From Candidatus Cloacimonadota bacterium (GTDB lineage: Bacteria; Cloacimonadota; Cloacimonadia; G963667145): DNA of 64,000 bases. Below are positions 51,802 through 61,854 of the stretch, piece by piece; the first letter of the stretch is position 1, and each line of letters starts with the position of its first letter. Position numbers and translations under genes: made by a program. The stretch is taken from positions 832,001-896,000 of the forward strand of contig OY762940.1 in the NCBI GenBank assembly GCA_963667255.1, in the 5' to 3' direction. Under the pieces are notes generated by a model that saw nothing but the letters and a program-made list of their open reading frames with translations, was not told where the DNA came from and did not search any database.

Positions 51802-52625
51802 TGAACGGAAACAAATTAGTAAGAGTTGAGAGTTTGTCCGACCTTTTTGCGAAGAGTGCGTCTTGTAAGGATAATTTCTGTTATTTGGCAGGCGGAACGG
51901 ACATCAATGTGCAAATCAGCAAACAGATGATAAAAGACAGCACTCTTTATTTTATCTCCAATTTGGATGAACTCAAGGGCATCTTGGTAAACGGCGATGA
52001 ACTTGTGATTGGTTCAGGCGAGACTTTTGGCAATATCATAAATTCAAAGTTGGTTAAGTCCAAAGTTCCTTTCTTGAGCGATTCTTTGGTAAATTTTGCC
52101 TCACCTCTTTTGCAAAACGCCGCTACTATCGGGGGCAACATCGCTAACGGCTCTCCTACTGCCGATGCCACTCCTTTGTTGTTGGCTTTGGATGCTGATG
52201 TTGTGCTGGTTTCCGCAGAGGGTGAACGACGGGTCAAACTTTGCGAATATTTTACAGGATACAAGAAATCTGTATTGAAAAAGGGCGAGCTTGTTAAAGC
52301 CGTGGCGATTAAAATTGAAGACGGGAAGAGCTATTTTTATAAGAAAGTCAGTTCCAGAAAATCTTTGACTATTGCTAAGGTCTCGTTGGCTGCTGTTTAC
52401 AGCAAAGATGGCGATAAATTTGACAGCTTGAGGATTGCCGTGGGTAGCCTGAACGAATATGCAAGAAGATTGCCCAAAGTGGAAAAGGTGCTTTTGGGCG
52501 GTGGAAGTGACGATGAACTTAAAAAGGCTTTGCAAGCCGAAATTACTCCGATTACCGATTTGAGGTCGGATGCCGAATACCGTTTTGATGTCGCTTGTAA
52601 TTTAATTAACTCATTGAGAAATTAA
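51798..52625 (+). CDS. FAD-binding subunit, xanthine dehydrogenase/CoxM family
   Basis: AGGTD, ATIGGNIANGSPTAD, PITDLRSDAEYR; ATGA overlap with the upstream gene. Confidence 0.92.
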   Translation: MMNGNKLVRVESLSDLFAKSASCKDNFCYLAGGTDINVQISKQMIKDSTLYFISNLDELKGILVNGDELVIGSGETFGNIINSKLVKSKVPFLSDSLVNFASPLLQNAATIGGNIANGSPTADATPLLLALDADVVLVSAEGERRVKLCEYFTGYKKSVLKKGELVKAVAIKIEDGKSYFYKKVSSRKSLTIAKVSLAAVYSKDGDKFDSLRIAVGSLNEYARRLPKVEKVLLGGGSDDELKKALQAEITPITDLRSDAEYRFDVACNLINSLRN

Positions 52626-54328
52626 TGCAATATACAGTTTTAGCCAGAAAATATCGACCACAGACTTTTGAGCAGATTTATGCTCAAGACCATGTGACTA
52701 AGATTTTGGCAAGCTCTGTGGAAAAAGACAGAATTGCTGGAGCGTATTTATTTACCGGGCCAAGAGGAGTGGGGAAAACTTCCTTGGCTCGTATTTTTGC
52801 CAAAAGCCTGAATTGTCAGAATGGTCCGACCGTTACTCCTTGCGGAGAGTGTAGCAATTGCAAGGAGATAGAGAAAGCTATTTCCTACGATGTGGTGGAG
52901 ATAGATGGTGCGTCCAACACAGGAGTGGACGATATCAGGGAATTGCAGAAAGATTTGATGTTTTCCACGACCTCTTCGCGTTACAAGATTTACATCATAG
53001 ACGAGGTTCATATGCTCTCCACCAGTGCATTTAACGCACTATTGAAGACCTTGGAAGAGCCACCGGAAAGAGTTATTTTCTTGTTTGCCACTACAGAGCC
53101 ACAAAAAATTTTGCCCACGATTTTATCTCGTTGTCAGAGATTTGATTTGAAGAGGATTCCGTTTGGTGCTATCTTGGAAAATTTGCGGGCGATTTGCAAA
53201 AAGGAAGAGTTAGAGTTTGAAGAGAGTGCTTTGGCTATCATCGCTCGCAAAGCTGATGGCGGGATGCGTGATGCACTTTCTCTTTTAGACCAGATGATTT
53301 CCTATTCTGCCAAATCTATTCGTCGTGAAGATGTTTTGTTTATGTTTGGAGTGATTTCTTGGCAGGTGTATGTGGATATTTTGCAAAAGATTTCCGTGCA
53401 AGATACGGCAGGAGTTTTGGCGGAATTTACCCGAATTGTCGATGAAGGGAACAGTGTTTCGGAATTTATGACGGGATTTTTGGAATTTCTGAGTGCACTT
53501 TTGACTCTTTTTTATAATGGGGAAAGCGAAAATATTCCCGATACCATTGCCAAAGATGCCATGGAGGTCGCCCAAAAATTTGGGGAGAGGACTCTAATTT
53601 TGTTGATAGATATTTTGGCGGAAGCTGTGACCAAAATCAAATATTCAGCAAACCAAATTTTTGTTGCGGAGTTGTCGTTGATTCGGTTGTCCAAGGTGGA
53701 AAATCTCAAGTCTGTGGACAAGATAATTTCGTATCTGACGAGCAGTGCAAAGGTAAAAAGCGGGCAGTCGAGTGTTTCGGCGAATGTTGAGGAGAAGCAA
53801 AAGATTTCGGTTAATTTTGCGGATACAAACAAAATTAGTGCTAAAAGCTCTCCCGATGTTACACCTGTGAGAAATGTGCCTGAGAATGTTGAAAATGCTG
53901 AAGAGAAAGATGTTACGGCTTCGGAGCAATCGGATAAGAGTTTGACTCAAGCGGAGTTTGATACGGCTTTGCCCGAAATTAACGAACTTCTGAAAGAGAA
54001 TGAGTTCGGTGTTTATGTGACCAATTTTTTTGGTGCGTATCCGAAGAAAGTTTTGCAAGGGAATTTATTGCAAATCGAGTTGCCTAATGCGTTTGAATTG
54101 TCCTCTTTTGAGAGCGATAAGGAGATGCTGACGAAATTTTTGTCGCAATATTTTGGTGTGAAGTTGCAATTGTTCATGAAGGTGAATGAGTCTCTCCATT
54201 CGGATGTCCAAGTGGAGAAAAAAGCTGATTTGCCGGTGTCTGCCGAAGAAAAGTTTGCAAAAATTGAAAAAGAGTATCCTAAAGTCGCAGAATTTATCAA
54301 AGAGATTGATGGCGAGATAGTCCGATAG
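52625..54328 (+). CDS. dnaX: DNA polymerase III subunit gamma/tau
   Basis: LARKYRP, GPRGVGKT, Zn-binding Cys cluster, IDEVHML, FNALLKTLEEPP, SRC, RDALSLLDQ. Confidence 0.97.
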   Translation: MQYTVLARKYRPQTFEQIYAQDHVTKILASSVEKDRIAGAYLFTGPRGVGKTSLARIFAKSLNCQNGPTVTPCGECSNCKEIEKAISYDVVEIDGASNTGVDDIRELQKDLMFSTTSSRYKIYIIDEVHMLSTSAFNALLKTLEEPPERVIFLFATTEPQKILPTILSRCQRFDLKRIPFGAILENLRAICKKEELEFEESALAIIARKADGGMRDALSLLDQMISYSAKSIRREDVLFMFGVISWQVYVDILQKISVQDTAGVLAEFTRIVDEGNSVSEFMTGFLEFLSALLTLFYNGESENIPDTIAKDAMEVAQKFGERTLILLIDILAEAVTKIKYSANQIFVAELSLIRLSKVENLKSVDKIISYLTSSAKVKSGQSSVSANVEEKQKISVNFADTNKISAKSSPDVTPVRNVPENVENAEEKDVTASEQSDKSLTQAEFDTALPEINELLKENEFGVYVTNFFGAYPKKVLQGNLLQIELPNAFELSSFESDKEMLTKFLSQYFGVKLQLFMKVNESLHSDVQVEKKADLPVSAEEKFAKIEKEYPKVAEFIKEIDGEIVR

Positions 54329-54434
54329 TTTTGGTGTTTAGAAAAAACATTTACAATCAATCTTCTTCTTTTTTTTTTGTTCATGAAAGAAAACGAGATT
54401 ATTAAAATATAAAATATGGAATAAGGGAAATTTA

Positions 54435-56078
54435 ATGAGTACTAAACATATTTTTGTCTTGGGTGGGGTGCTATCTTCGCTTGGTAAAGGCGTTGCGGCT
54501 TCCAGTATAGGCTTGTTGTTGAAGAAAATGAATTATCGGGTTAATATGCAGAAGCTTGACCCGTATCTGAATGTTGACCCGGGGACAATGAGTCCTTATC
54601 AGCATGGGGAAGTTTTCGTTACCGATGATGGAGCTGAAACCGATTTGGATTTGGGGCATTATGAGAGATTTATAGATGAATCTCTGAGTCAAAATTCTAA
54701 CGCCACTTCTGGCAAGATTTACGAGACGGTGATTTCCAAAGAGAGAAAAGGTGAATATTTGGGGAAAACCGTTCAGGTGATTCCGCACATTACGGATGAG
54801 ATAAAGAGGATAATCTACGCTGCCAGAGAAGGTTATGATGTGGTGATTACTGAGATTGGCGGGACAGTAGGAGATATAGAGTCGTATCAGTTTTTGGAGG
54901 CAATCAGGCAGTTTACTTTGCAAGAGTCGGCAGAAGATTGCATGGTGATTTTGCTGACTTATGTGCCGTTTATCAAAGCTGCCGGCGAGCTGAAAACCAA
55001 GCCGACACAGCACGCTGCTGTGAAATTAAGAGAAATTGGCTTGCATCCGGATATGCTTTTTTGCAGGAGCGAGTTGCCTTTTTCCGACGAGATAAAAGAA
55101 AAGATAGCTTTGTTTACCAATGTGAGGTCGAATAATGTCGTCAATGCAATAGATGTGAATTCGATTTACAAGTGTCCGGGAAGTTTTATGGGACAAAATG
55201 TTCACAGTTTGGTGTGCAAGAGATTGGCACTGGAGGAGAGGAAAATCGATTTTGGCGATTGGCAAGCGATGATAGATGCTATCGATAATCCGCAAGGAGA
55301 GGTGGAGATAGCTGTTTGCGGTAAATATGTGGAACATCAAGATGCGTATAAGAGCATCGTCGAGGCGTTTGTTCATTCGGGAGCTTACAACAAAGTCAAG
55401 GTCAAAATTAAGTGGGTTGACACTCGAGTGGTAACGGAGGCGGAGGATGTGGAGCAGGTTTTGCAAGGCGTTGATGGCATTTTAATACCGGGAGGATTTG
55501 ACAAAAATGGCACTGGCGGCAAAATCTTGGCGGCAAAATATTCTCGGGAGAATAGTATTCCGTTTTTCGGTATTTGTCTCGGGATGCAAATCGCTTGCAT
55601 AGAGATTGCCAGAAATGTTTGCAACTTGGCTGATGCTAATTCCAGTGAGTTTGATGCGAAAACAACAAATCCGATTATTCACATTATGGAAGATAAAAAA
55701 TATTTAGAAAATTACGGTGGAACTTTGCGATTGGGAGCTTATGAGTGTGATTTGTCAGAAGGTAGTTTGGCAAGAGAAATCTATAATCAGCCCAAAACAA
55801 GAGCAAGACATCGTCATCGTTATGAGTTCAACAATGCGTATCGAGAGACTTTGCAGGATGTTGGTCTTAAGATTTCCGGACTGTCGCCCGACGGAATGTT
55901 GGTGGAGATAGTTGAGTTTCCGAGCCATCCGTTTTTCGTGGGTGTGCAATATCATCCGGAATTTTTGTCCAGACCGACTAAACCTGAGCCTATTTTCAGA
56001 GATTTTGTCAAAGCTTGCATCGCATATAAGGCTCAAAAAAAAGATAAGGGGTTATTATGTCAGAGTTCAGTAATTTAA
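54435..56078 (+). CDS. pyrG: CTP synthase
   Basis: GGVLSSLGKG, DPYLNVDPGTM, KTKPTQH, GICLGMQ, RHRHRYE, QYHPEF. Confidence 0.98.
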   Translation: MSTKHIFVLGGVLSSLGKGVAASSIGLLLKKMNYRVNMQKLDPYLNVDPGTMSPYQHGEVFVTDDGAETDLDLGHYERFIDESLSQNSNATSGKIYETVISKERKGEYLGKTVQVIPHITDEIKRIIYAAREGYDVVITEIGGTVGDIESYQFLEAIRQFTLQESAEDCMVILLTYVPFIKAAGELKTKPTQHAAVKLREIGLHPDMLFCRSELPFSDEIKEKIALFTNVRSNNVVNAIDVNSIYKCPGSFMGQNVHSLVCKRLALEERKIDFGDWQAMIDAIDNPQGEVEIAVCGKYVEHQDAYKSIVEAFVHSGAYNKVKVKIKWVDTRVVTEAEDVEQVLQGVDGILIPGGFDKNGTGGKILAAKYSRENSIPFFGICLGMQIACIEIARNVCNLADANSSEFDAKTTNPIIHIMEDKKYLENYGGTLRLGAYECDLSEGSLAREIYNQPKTRARHRHRYEFNNAYRETLQDVGLKISGLSPDGMLVEIVEFPSHPFFVGVQYHPEFLSRPTKPEPIFRDFVKACIAYKAQKKDKGLLCQSSVI

Positions 56079-57073
56079 ATTTTGATAAGTTTAAGAATGG
56101 CAATAAGCAAGGTTTGCCAAATTTGCCGAAGTTGCCGAATTTTTCGGGGAAAAAGGCTTTCTTTGGAGTGATTGCTATTTTTGTGTTGGTGTTTGTCTAT
56201 TCAGGATTTTACACTATCGAGCCGGATGAAGCCGGTATCGTTTTGCGATTTGGGAAATATCAAGCCACAACGGAGCCAGGACTTCATTTCAAGTTGCCTT
56301 TGGGAATTGATAATGTAACTAAAGTGAAGATTACGAGGGTGCATAAGGTTGAGTTTGGATTTCGCACGGTTTCTGCCGGAGTGGTTTCCAAGTTTGATAA
56401 TCGTGACTATCCTGATGAGTCTCTGATGCTCACGGGTGATTTGAATATTGCCGATGTGCAATGGATTGTGCAATATCAAATCAAAGAGCCGTGTAAGTTT
56501 TTGTTCAATATAAGAGATGTGGAGACGACAATCCGCAATTTGTCTGAATCTGTGATGCGTGGATTGGTAGGAGACCGCTCGGTTGACGAGGTGATAGTGA
56601 TGGACAGGCAGCAAATTGCCGAAGATGCCAAAGAGAAGTTGCAGAAGAGTTTGGACGAGTATGAAGCGGGAGTGAAGATAAATGTAATAAAACTACAGAA
56701 TGTAAATCCTCCCAAAGCTGTGCAAGCTGCTTTTAATGAAGTAAACTCTGCCAAGCAAGAGCAGGAGAAGATTGTCAATCAAGCATGGCAAAATTACAAT
56801 AAGATAATTCCCGAGGCTAAGGGTAAGGCGAAACAGATTTTGGAACAAGCTGAAGGTTATGCTATCAACAAAATAAATCGTGCCAAGGGTGATGCTGATA
56901 GATTTAATCAAATCTATGATAAATACAAATCTGCCAAGACAGTAACAAGAACAAGAATGTATATTGAAGCGTTGCAAGTGGCGTTGCCTCAGGTGAATAA
57001 AATCTATATAGTGGACAAAGACCAGAAATCGATTTTACCGTTGCTGGATTTGACCAAGGGAGGCGTGAAATGA
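56057..57073 (+). CDS. hflK: FtsH protease modulator HflK
   Basis: SPFH domain, PGLHF, MLTGDLN, PP..VQ.AF.EV, IPEA.G.A. Confidence 0.93.
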   Translation: MSEFSNLNFDKFKNGNKQGLPNLPKLPNFSGKKAFFGVIAIFVLVFVYSGFYTIEPDEAGIVLRFGKYQATTEPGLHFKLPLGIDNVTKVKITRVHKVEFGFRTVSAGVVSKFDNRDYPDESLMLTGDLNIADVQWIVQYQIKEPCKFLFNIRDVETTIRNLSESVMRGLVGDRSVDEVIVMDRQQIAEDAKEKLQKSLDEYEAGVKINVIKLQNVNPPKAVQAAFNEVNSAKQEQEKIVNQAWQNYNKIIPEAKGKAKQILEQAEGYAINKINRAKGDADRFNQIYDKYKSAKTVTRTRMYIEALQVALPQVNKIYIVDKDQKSILPLLDLTKGGVK

Positions 57074-58011
57074 AATCTTGGAAATTTGGTGTGCTCATTA
57101 TTGTAGTGGTTTTGGTTGCTTTCAATAGTCTTTATACAGTGCAAGAGGGTAAACAAGCTATAGTTACGCAGTTTGGAGAGCCTGTCGGAGGTGCGATTAC
57201 GGAGGCAGGGTTGAAGTTTAAGATTCCTTTTATCCAAAAAGTTCACTTTTTTGATGAGCGAATTTTGGAATGGGACGGTGACCCGCAACAGATACCGACT
57301 GCTGACAAAAGATATATTTGGATAGATATGTTTTCGCGTTGGCAAATCGAAGACCCACTCAAGTTCTATCAAACGGTGCAAATGGAAAAATTGGCTCAAG
57401 GCAGATTGGACGATGTCATTTCCGGCTCGGCACGAGATATTATCTCTTCCAATAAGCTGATAAGCATAGTCAGGTCAACCAACAGAAAGATGTCCTATTC
57501 GGAAGATACGGAGTCTGAGGTTGCAGTGGAAGCGGTAAAAGTGGATATTGGAAGAGGCGAATTGGAGAAAATGATTTTTGATTTGGCGAGAGGCGAAGTT
57601 GCAAAATACGGAATCAGGTTGATAGATGTAAAGGTTAAGCGGATAAATTATGTGAAGGATGTGCGGGAGAAAGTTTATGAGAGGATGATTTCTGAGCGAC
57701 AACGGATTGCCGAAAAATATCGTTCACTTGGTAAGGGGAAAAAGGCTGAAATAGAAGGTATGAAGAGCAGAGAGTTGGACAATATAGAATCTGCTGCTTA
57801 TCAAAAGGCTCAATCCATAAAGGGTAAAGCCGATGCGACTGCGATAGCGATTTATGCCAAAGCCTACAACAAAGACCCTGAATTTTACCATTTTACAAAA
57901 TCTTTGGAAGCTTATAGAGAGGTTATGTCCGACAAATCAGAACTTATCTTGACGACCGATTCGGAATTGTTTAAGTATTTGAATGGCAGTTCATTGAGAA
58001 GTGGAAACTAG
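57070..58011 (+). CDS. hflC: FtsH protease modulator HflC
   Basis: TQFG, T.DKR.I..D, RMISER, AY.KDPEFY.F.KSLEAY. Confidence 0.93.
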   Translation: MKSWKFGVLIIVVVLVAFNSLYTVQEGKQAIVTQFGEPVGGAITEAGLKFKIPFIQKVHFFDERILEWDGDPQQIPTADKRYIWIDMFSRWQIEDPLKFYQTVQMEKLAQGRLDDVISGSARDIISSNKLISIVRSTNRKMSYSEDTESEVAVEAVKVDIGRGELEKMIFDLARGEVAKYGIRLIDVKVKRINYVKDVREKVYERMISERQRIAEKYRSLGKGKKAEIEGMKSRELDNIESAAYQKAQSIKGKADATAIAIYAKAYNKDPEFYHFTKSLEAYREVMSDKSELILTTDSELFKYLNGSSLRSGN

Positions 58012-58456
58012 TATAGACGAAAAGTTTATGAAAATAGCCCTCGAGCAGGCGAAGAAATCTGCTGAAATCGGGGGAATACCCATTGGTGCTGTGTTGGTGA
58101 AAGACGGCAAGGTGTGTGCTATGGCTTGCAACGGAGATAAACCCAACAGGATTGCTCATGCCGAGAAGTTGGTGATAGAGGAGATGATAAGCCGAGGGGA
58201 GATATATTTTTACGATTACACTTTATATGTTACTTTGGAGCCGTGTGTGATGTGTGCAGGATTGATACAATGGGCAAGAGTTGGCAGAGTGGTGTATGGA
58301 GCGAGCGATCCTAAATCGGGTGCCATGGGCTCTCTCTATGACATTGCCGGAGATAGACGATTGAATTTCAATCCTGAGGTTACAAAGGGTGTGATGGCAG
58401 ATGATTGTGGGGGAATTTTGAAAGAATATTTTAAAATCAGAAGAGGACTAAAATGA
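58001..58456 (+). CDS. tadA: tRNA adenosine deaminase / nucleoside deaminase
   Basis: PIGAVLV, AHAE, LYVTLEPCVMCAG, DPKSGA.GS. Confidence 0.82.
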   Translation: METSIDEKFMKIALEQAKKSAEIGGIPIGAVLVKDGKVCAMACNGDKPNRIAHAEKLVIEEMISRGEIYFYDYTLYVTLEPCVMCAGLIQWARVGRVVYGASDPKSGAMGSLYDIAGDRRLNFNPEVTKGVMADDCGGILKEYFKIRRGLK

Positions 58457-58893
58457 GAGGAATTGTTATTTATTTTTCTTTTGATGGGAAGGTAGAAAAG
58501 TTTGCGAAAAAGGTAGCTGATAAATGTTGCTATCTTGCTTTACCAATTAGTTTGAAGAAATCTGCAGGAAATCTAACAGGTAAGTTTGATGCAGAGTTTG
58601 AGGATTTTGAAGTTAATTATGACGATTACGATATTATAATTTTCGGATTTTCCGATGAGTTGAACAGCTTTATGCCGGCATTAAAAAAATTTTATGGCAA
58701 ATATCCTCTTCGCAAGAAAAGTATAGCTACTTTTTCTATTAATTCCAAAGGTGAAAGAGAGAATTTTTTGCGGCAAGTTGTCTTTTTTTTCAAGAAAAAT
58801 AAGATAGTTAAGGCTCAAAGAATTAGGTTGGAAGGTCTTGGAGAACAAAGCATTACTCACTTAGCAAATATTTTTTGTAGAGGATTGTATTGA
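58453..58893 (+). CDS. Flavodoxin-fold protein (degenerate)
   Basis: IVIYFSFDGKVEKFA and YDIIIFG resemble flavodoxin strands; the phosphate-binding loop is atypical. Confidence 0.5.
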   Translation: MRGIVIYFSFDGKVEKFAKKVADKCCYLALPISLKKSAGNLTGKFDAEFEDFEVNYDDYDIIIFGFSDELNSFMPALKKFYGKYPLRKKSIATFSINSKGERENFLRQVVFFFKKNKIVKAQRIRLEGLGEQSITHLANIFCRGLY

Positions 58894-59141
58894 GCATATT
58901 TGAGATTGTGATGCTTTTGTGTTTCGGAGCGAGTTGGCCAGTGAGCATTGCCAAGGCGTTGCGAACTAAAAAGGTTGATGGAAAGAGTCCTCTTTTTTTG
59001 GCGTTGTTGCTTTTGGGCTATGCTTGCGGGATTTTGCACAAACTGTTTTATAACATGGATGTTGTAGTTTTGCTCTATGCTTTCAACTCTTGTTTGGTTA
59101 GTGTGGATTTGTTTTTGTATTATAAATATAGGACTGATTAG
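58890..59141 (+). CDS. Small 3-TM PQ-loop/SemiSWEET-like membrane protein
   Basis: FE..ML.CFG.SWP.SI.K, GKS..F, GY..GI.HK pattern; 83 aa. Confidence 0.7.
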   Translation: MSIFEIVMLLCFGASWPVSIAKALRTKKVDGKSPLFLALLLLGYACGILHKLFYNMDVVVLLYAFNSCLVSVDLFLYYKYRTD

Positions 59142-59142
59142 A

Positions 59143-59529
59143 ATGCATTTTTCTTTTATAAATTCGGGGTTTTCGACCGTTTTTTTGTTGCTATTTTCCA
59201 ATGTTTTTATGACGATTGCTTGGTATGGTCATCTGAAGATGAGAGAGTTTAGTTGGTTTGGCTCTTTGGGGCTGTTCGCCATTATTCTTATCAGTTGGGG
59301 GATAGCTTTTTTTGAGTATATTTTCCAAGTGCCTGCTAATAAAATCGGTTATTCCGGAAATGGTGGACCGTTTAATCTGTGGCAACTGAAGGTTATCCAA
59401 GAAGCTATCTCTTTAATCGTTTTCACTCTCTTCACTTTGGTTGTATTCAAGACGGAGACACTGCGACTAAACCATATTATTGGTTTCGTGCTTTTAGTCT
59501 TGGCGGTGTATTTTCTTTTTAAGAAGTAA
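59143..59529 (+). CDS. DMT-family small membrane protein (DUF486-like)
   Basis: SNVFMT.AWYGHLK, SWGIAFFEY.FQVPAN.IG, QLKVIQE. Confidence 0.85.
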   Translation: MHFSFINSGFSTVFLLLFSNVFMTIAWYGHLKMREFSWFGSLGLFAIILISWGIAFFEYIFQVPANKIGYSGNGGPFNLWQLKVIQEAISLIVFTLFTLVVFKTETLRLNHIIGFVLLVLAVYFLFKK

Positions 59530-59559
59530 GTTGTTAGTTGGTTGTGATTTACCAGTAAA

Positions 59560-60231
59560 CTACTTGTTCTTCTTTTCCCAAACTATTTCCGCTTGTGATT
59601 TGCGAAGATACATAGGTTCGAGATTGCAGAGAGAGTCAAAATCGAATTTCAAATCAGGTTTCGCCATAGTCAGCAGGTAAGAGGATAGTGGCAATTTTTG
59701 TGCGGAGTCGGCAAAAGTCAGTTTGAGATGAGTCGCAAACTCTTTGATTATTTCGTAGTTATCGCCAGTGATGATGAACTCACCAGAAATTTTTGAGAAG
59801 AAATCTCCAATTTTGTAACAGTTCGGTTGAATGAGAGGATTTAGATTTTGGTCGTAAACCGCAGCGTAAATCTCCTTGGTTTTGGCATCGGAGAAGCTGA
59901 TGATATTTTTCCCCAAATTGGCAAAGGTGGCTGCTCGCATTTGCAGAGAACAGACTGGCAATAGCGGTATAGAATGCGGAAAAGCAAGACCTTTGGCTGT
60001 GGCAAGTCCTATCCTGATGCCTGTGAAAGAGCCCGGTCCGATGCTAAGCACAATCTGTTGCAAATCTTGCACTTGTAAATCGCAGTTTTGCAGGGCTTGG
60101 TCTATCATTTTCATCAGTTTGGAGCTGTGTGTTCCCTGAATATTCAGATAGGAAAGGAATTTGATTTCCCCGTCTTGTGCTATAGCGATGCTCCCCGAAG
60201 GCGAGTGCGAATCTATTGCCAGTATGTTCAT
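59560..60231 (-). CDS. tsaB: tRNA t6A biosynthesis protein TsaB
   Basis: ILAID, HS, GPGSFTGIRIG, DA, LEPMYLR. Confidence 0.94.
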   Translation of the reverse strand: MNILAIDSHSPSGSIAIAQDGEIKFLSYLNIQGTHSSKLMKMIDQALQNCDLQVQDLQQIVLSIGPGSFTGIRIGLATAKGLAFPHSIPLLPVCSLQMRAATFANLGKNIISFSDAKTKEIYAAVYDQNLNPLIQPNCYKIGDFFSKISGEFIITGDNYEIIKEFATHLKLTFADSAQKLPLSSYLLTMAKPDLKFDFDSLCNLEPMYLRKSQAEIVWEKKNK

Positions 60232-60237
60232 TTTTCT

Positions 60238-61176
60238 TTATACCGTGAATTTTGCAGGTTTGCCATTGAGAACTGCGAAGCAATCGCCGAAAGACATTTG
60301 TGCCATTTTGGTGCGAGTTCCCAGTGTCCCAGAGCCGATGTGAGGAGCGATGACAACTTTGTCGTTGTTCATAAGTCCCTTATTTACAATTGGTTCATTC
60401 TCAAAAACATCCAGCCCGGCTCCAGCGATTTCTCCGTTGTTCAGAGCCTCGACCAAATCCTGCTCTTTGATGACAGCACCTCTGGCGGTGTTGACGATGA
60501 TAGCGGAATTTTTCATCATCTCGAACTCTTTTTTGGTGAATAGATGCTTGGTGGAGTTGTTCAGCGGGCAGTGCAGAGAGATGTAGTCGGACTCCTTGAT
60601 GAGCGTGTCCATATCGACCATTTTGCCACCGAGAGCATCCAATTCTGGATTTGGTTTGCGGGTGTAAAGAATTGGCATTCTAAAGCCTTGCGACATTTTG
60701 CCCATAGCCGTGCCGATGCGACCTGTGCCGATTATTCCCAGAGTTTTGCCGACGATGTCTTGACCCAACATCAAATCGGGAAGCCAGCATTTGAATTTGC
60801 CGGTTTGCATAAAGCGGTCGGATTCCACGATTTTTCTGGCAGTTGCCATCAGCAGAGCCCAAGCCAGTTCCGCAGTGGTGTCCGTGAGCACATCAGGAGT
60901 GTTGCAGACGATGATGCCCTTGCTCTTGGCGTAGTTGAAGTCGATGTTGTTGTAGCCCACAGCGTAGTTGCAGATGACTTTCAGATTGGGAGCAGAGTCG
61001 ATGATTTCGCGGTCGATTTTGTCAGCCAGCATACTCACGATGGCATCAGCGTCTTTGGCTTGCTCTTTGATTTTGTCGTAAGACATCAGCCCGTCCGATT
61101 TGTTGATGTATGTTTTGTAACCGAGAGAGGAGAAGTCGGGCATATATGGTAACTCTTTGGTAATTAAGATTTTCAT
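60238..61176 (-). CDS. D-isomer-specific 2-hydroxyacid dehydrogenase (glyoxylate/hydroxypyruvate reductase-like)
   Basis: AVGYNNID, NTPDVLT, GTGRIG, LHCPL, NTARG, GLDVFENEP, PHIGS. Confidence 0.92.
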   Translation of the reverse strand: MKILITKELPYMPDFSSLGYKTYINKSDGLMSYDKIKEQAKDADAIVSMLADKIDREIIDSAPNLKVICNYAVGYNNIDFNYAKSKGIIVCNTPDVLTDTTAELAWALLMATARKIVESDRFMQTGKFKCWLPDLMLGQDIVGKTLGIIGTGRIGTAMGKMSQGFRMPILYTRKPNPELDALGGKMVDMDTLIKESDYISLHCPLNNSTKHLFTKKEFEMMKNSAIIVNTARGAVIKEQDLVEALNNGEIAGAGLDVFENEPIVNKGLMNNDKVVIAPHIGSGTLGTRTKMAQMSFGDCFAVLNGKPAKFTV

Positions 61177-61306
61177 TTTGTTCTCCTTTTGATTAAATAA
61201 AGTTAATTTAGAATGTTGAGATTGGGTGGAATGTCAAGAAAAGTTCTGTTCTTTCTTTTTCAGAATTGCTCTTACAGAGGGTCTCTTCTGCATAAGGGGA
61301 ATAAAC

Positions 61307-61678
61307 AAGCAGTAGCTAATTAAATAGATATACACTCCCAAGTAAAACATGGGAGAGAGAGAAAGTCCAGACACATTTCCACCTCTCAAGCACAAAAGCA
61401 CCAAGCAATAGAATGGGCTTGTGCTTGACCATATGGGTTTTGGGATAGGACATCAGCACGAAAAGTAGAATGGATACCCACTTCCGTGAGTATGAGGGAA
61501 TAGAGAAGCAAGAAGTCCAAACATGCTTTGTCGCGTATGCGTTCCCAAGCCGGAGCTTGGGAACGAGAACTAACAAGACAAACCCAATAATTGCTCAGCG
61601 GTCAATGAAGCCAGTATACATTCCCAAGGCTGTCAAGCATAATGGAATTGTGCTTGGCTGGAGCTTGGGAACGAGAAA
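61307..61678. repeat. Cluster of REP-like palindromic repeats
   Basis: Perfect hairpin CGTTCCCAAGC-CGGA-GCTTGGGAACG (61540-61565), an interrupted second copy (61621-61675) and a degenerate third copy (about 61331-61360). Confidence 0.7.
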
Positions 61679-61854
61679 AGGTAACAATAACTGCATTTCA
61701 CGCCCTTGTTTTGGCGACTTTATGACAAAAGGAGGTTTCTTTTGGTTCAGTTTTCTTTCACGGCGAAAGAAAATGAACATTGAACTCTTGACAGAATACA
61801 CCTTTCGCAAGATTTACTTTGAAAATTCAAAATCTAAAAAGGAGGAGGATTCAA

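Noticed and set aside
54217..54224. A6G run in dnaX as a gamma/tau frameshift site
   Set aside because: Phased GAG AAA AAA GCT, not A AAA AAG, and too close to the C-terminus.
61221..61236. TTGGGTGGAA as a possible T-box for ileS
   Set aside because: Lacks the ACC(G/A)CG continuation and terminator and is more than 600 bp from ileS. The adjacent TGTCAA fits better as the -35 of the divergent dehydrogenase gene.
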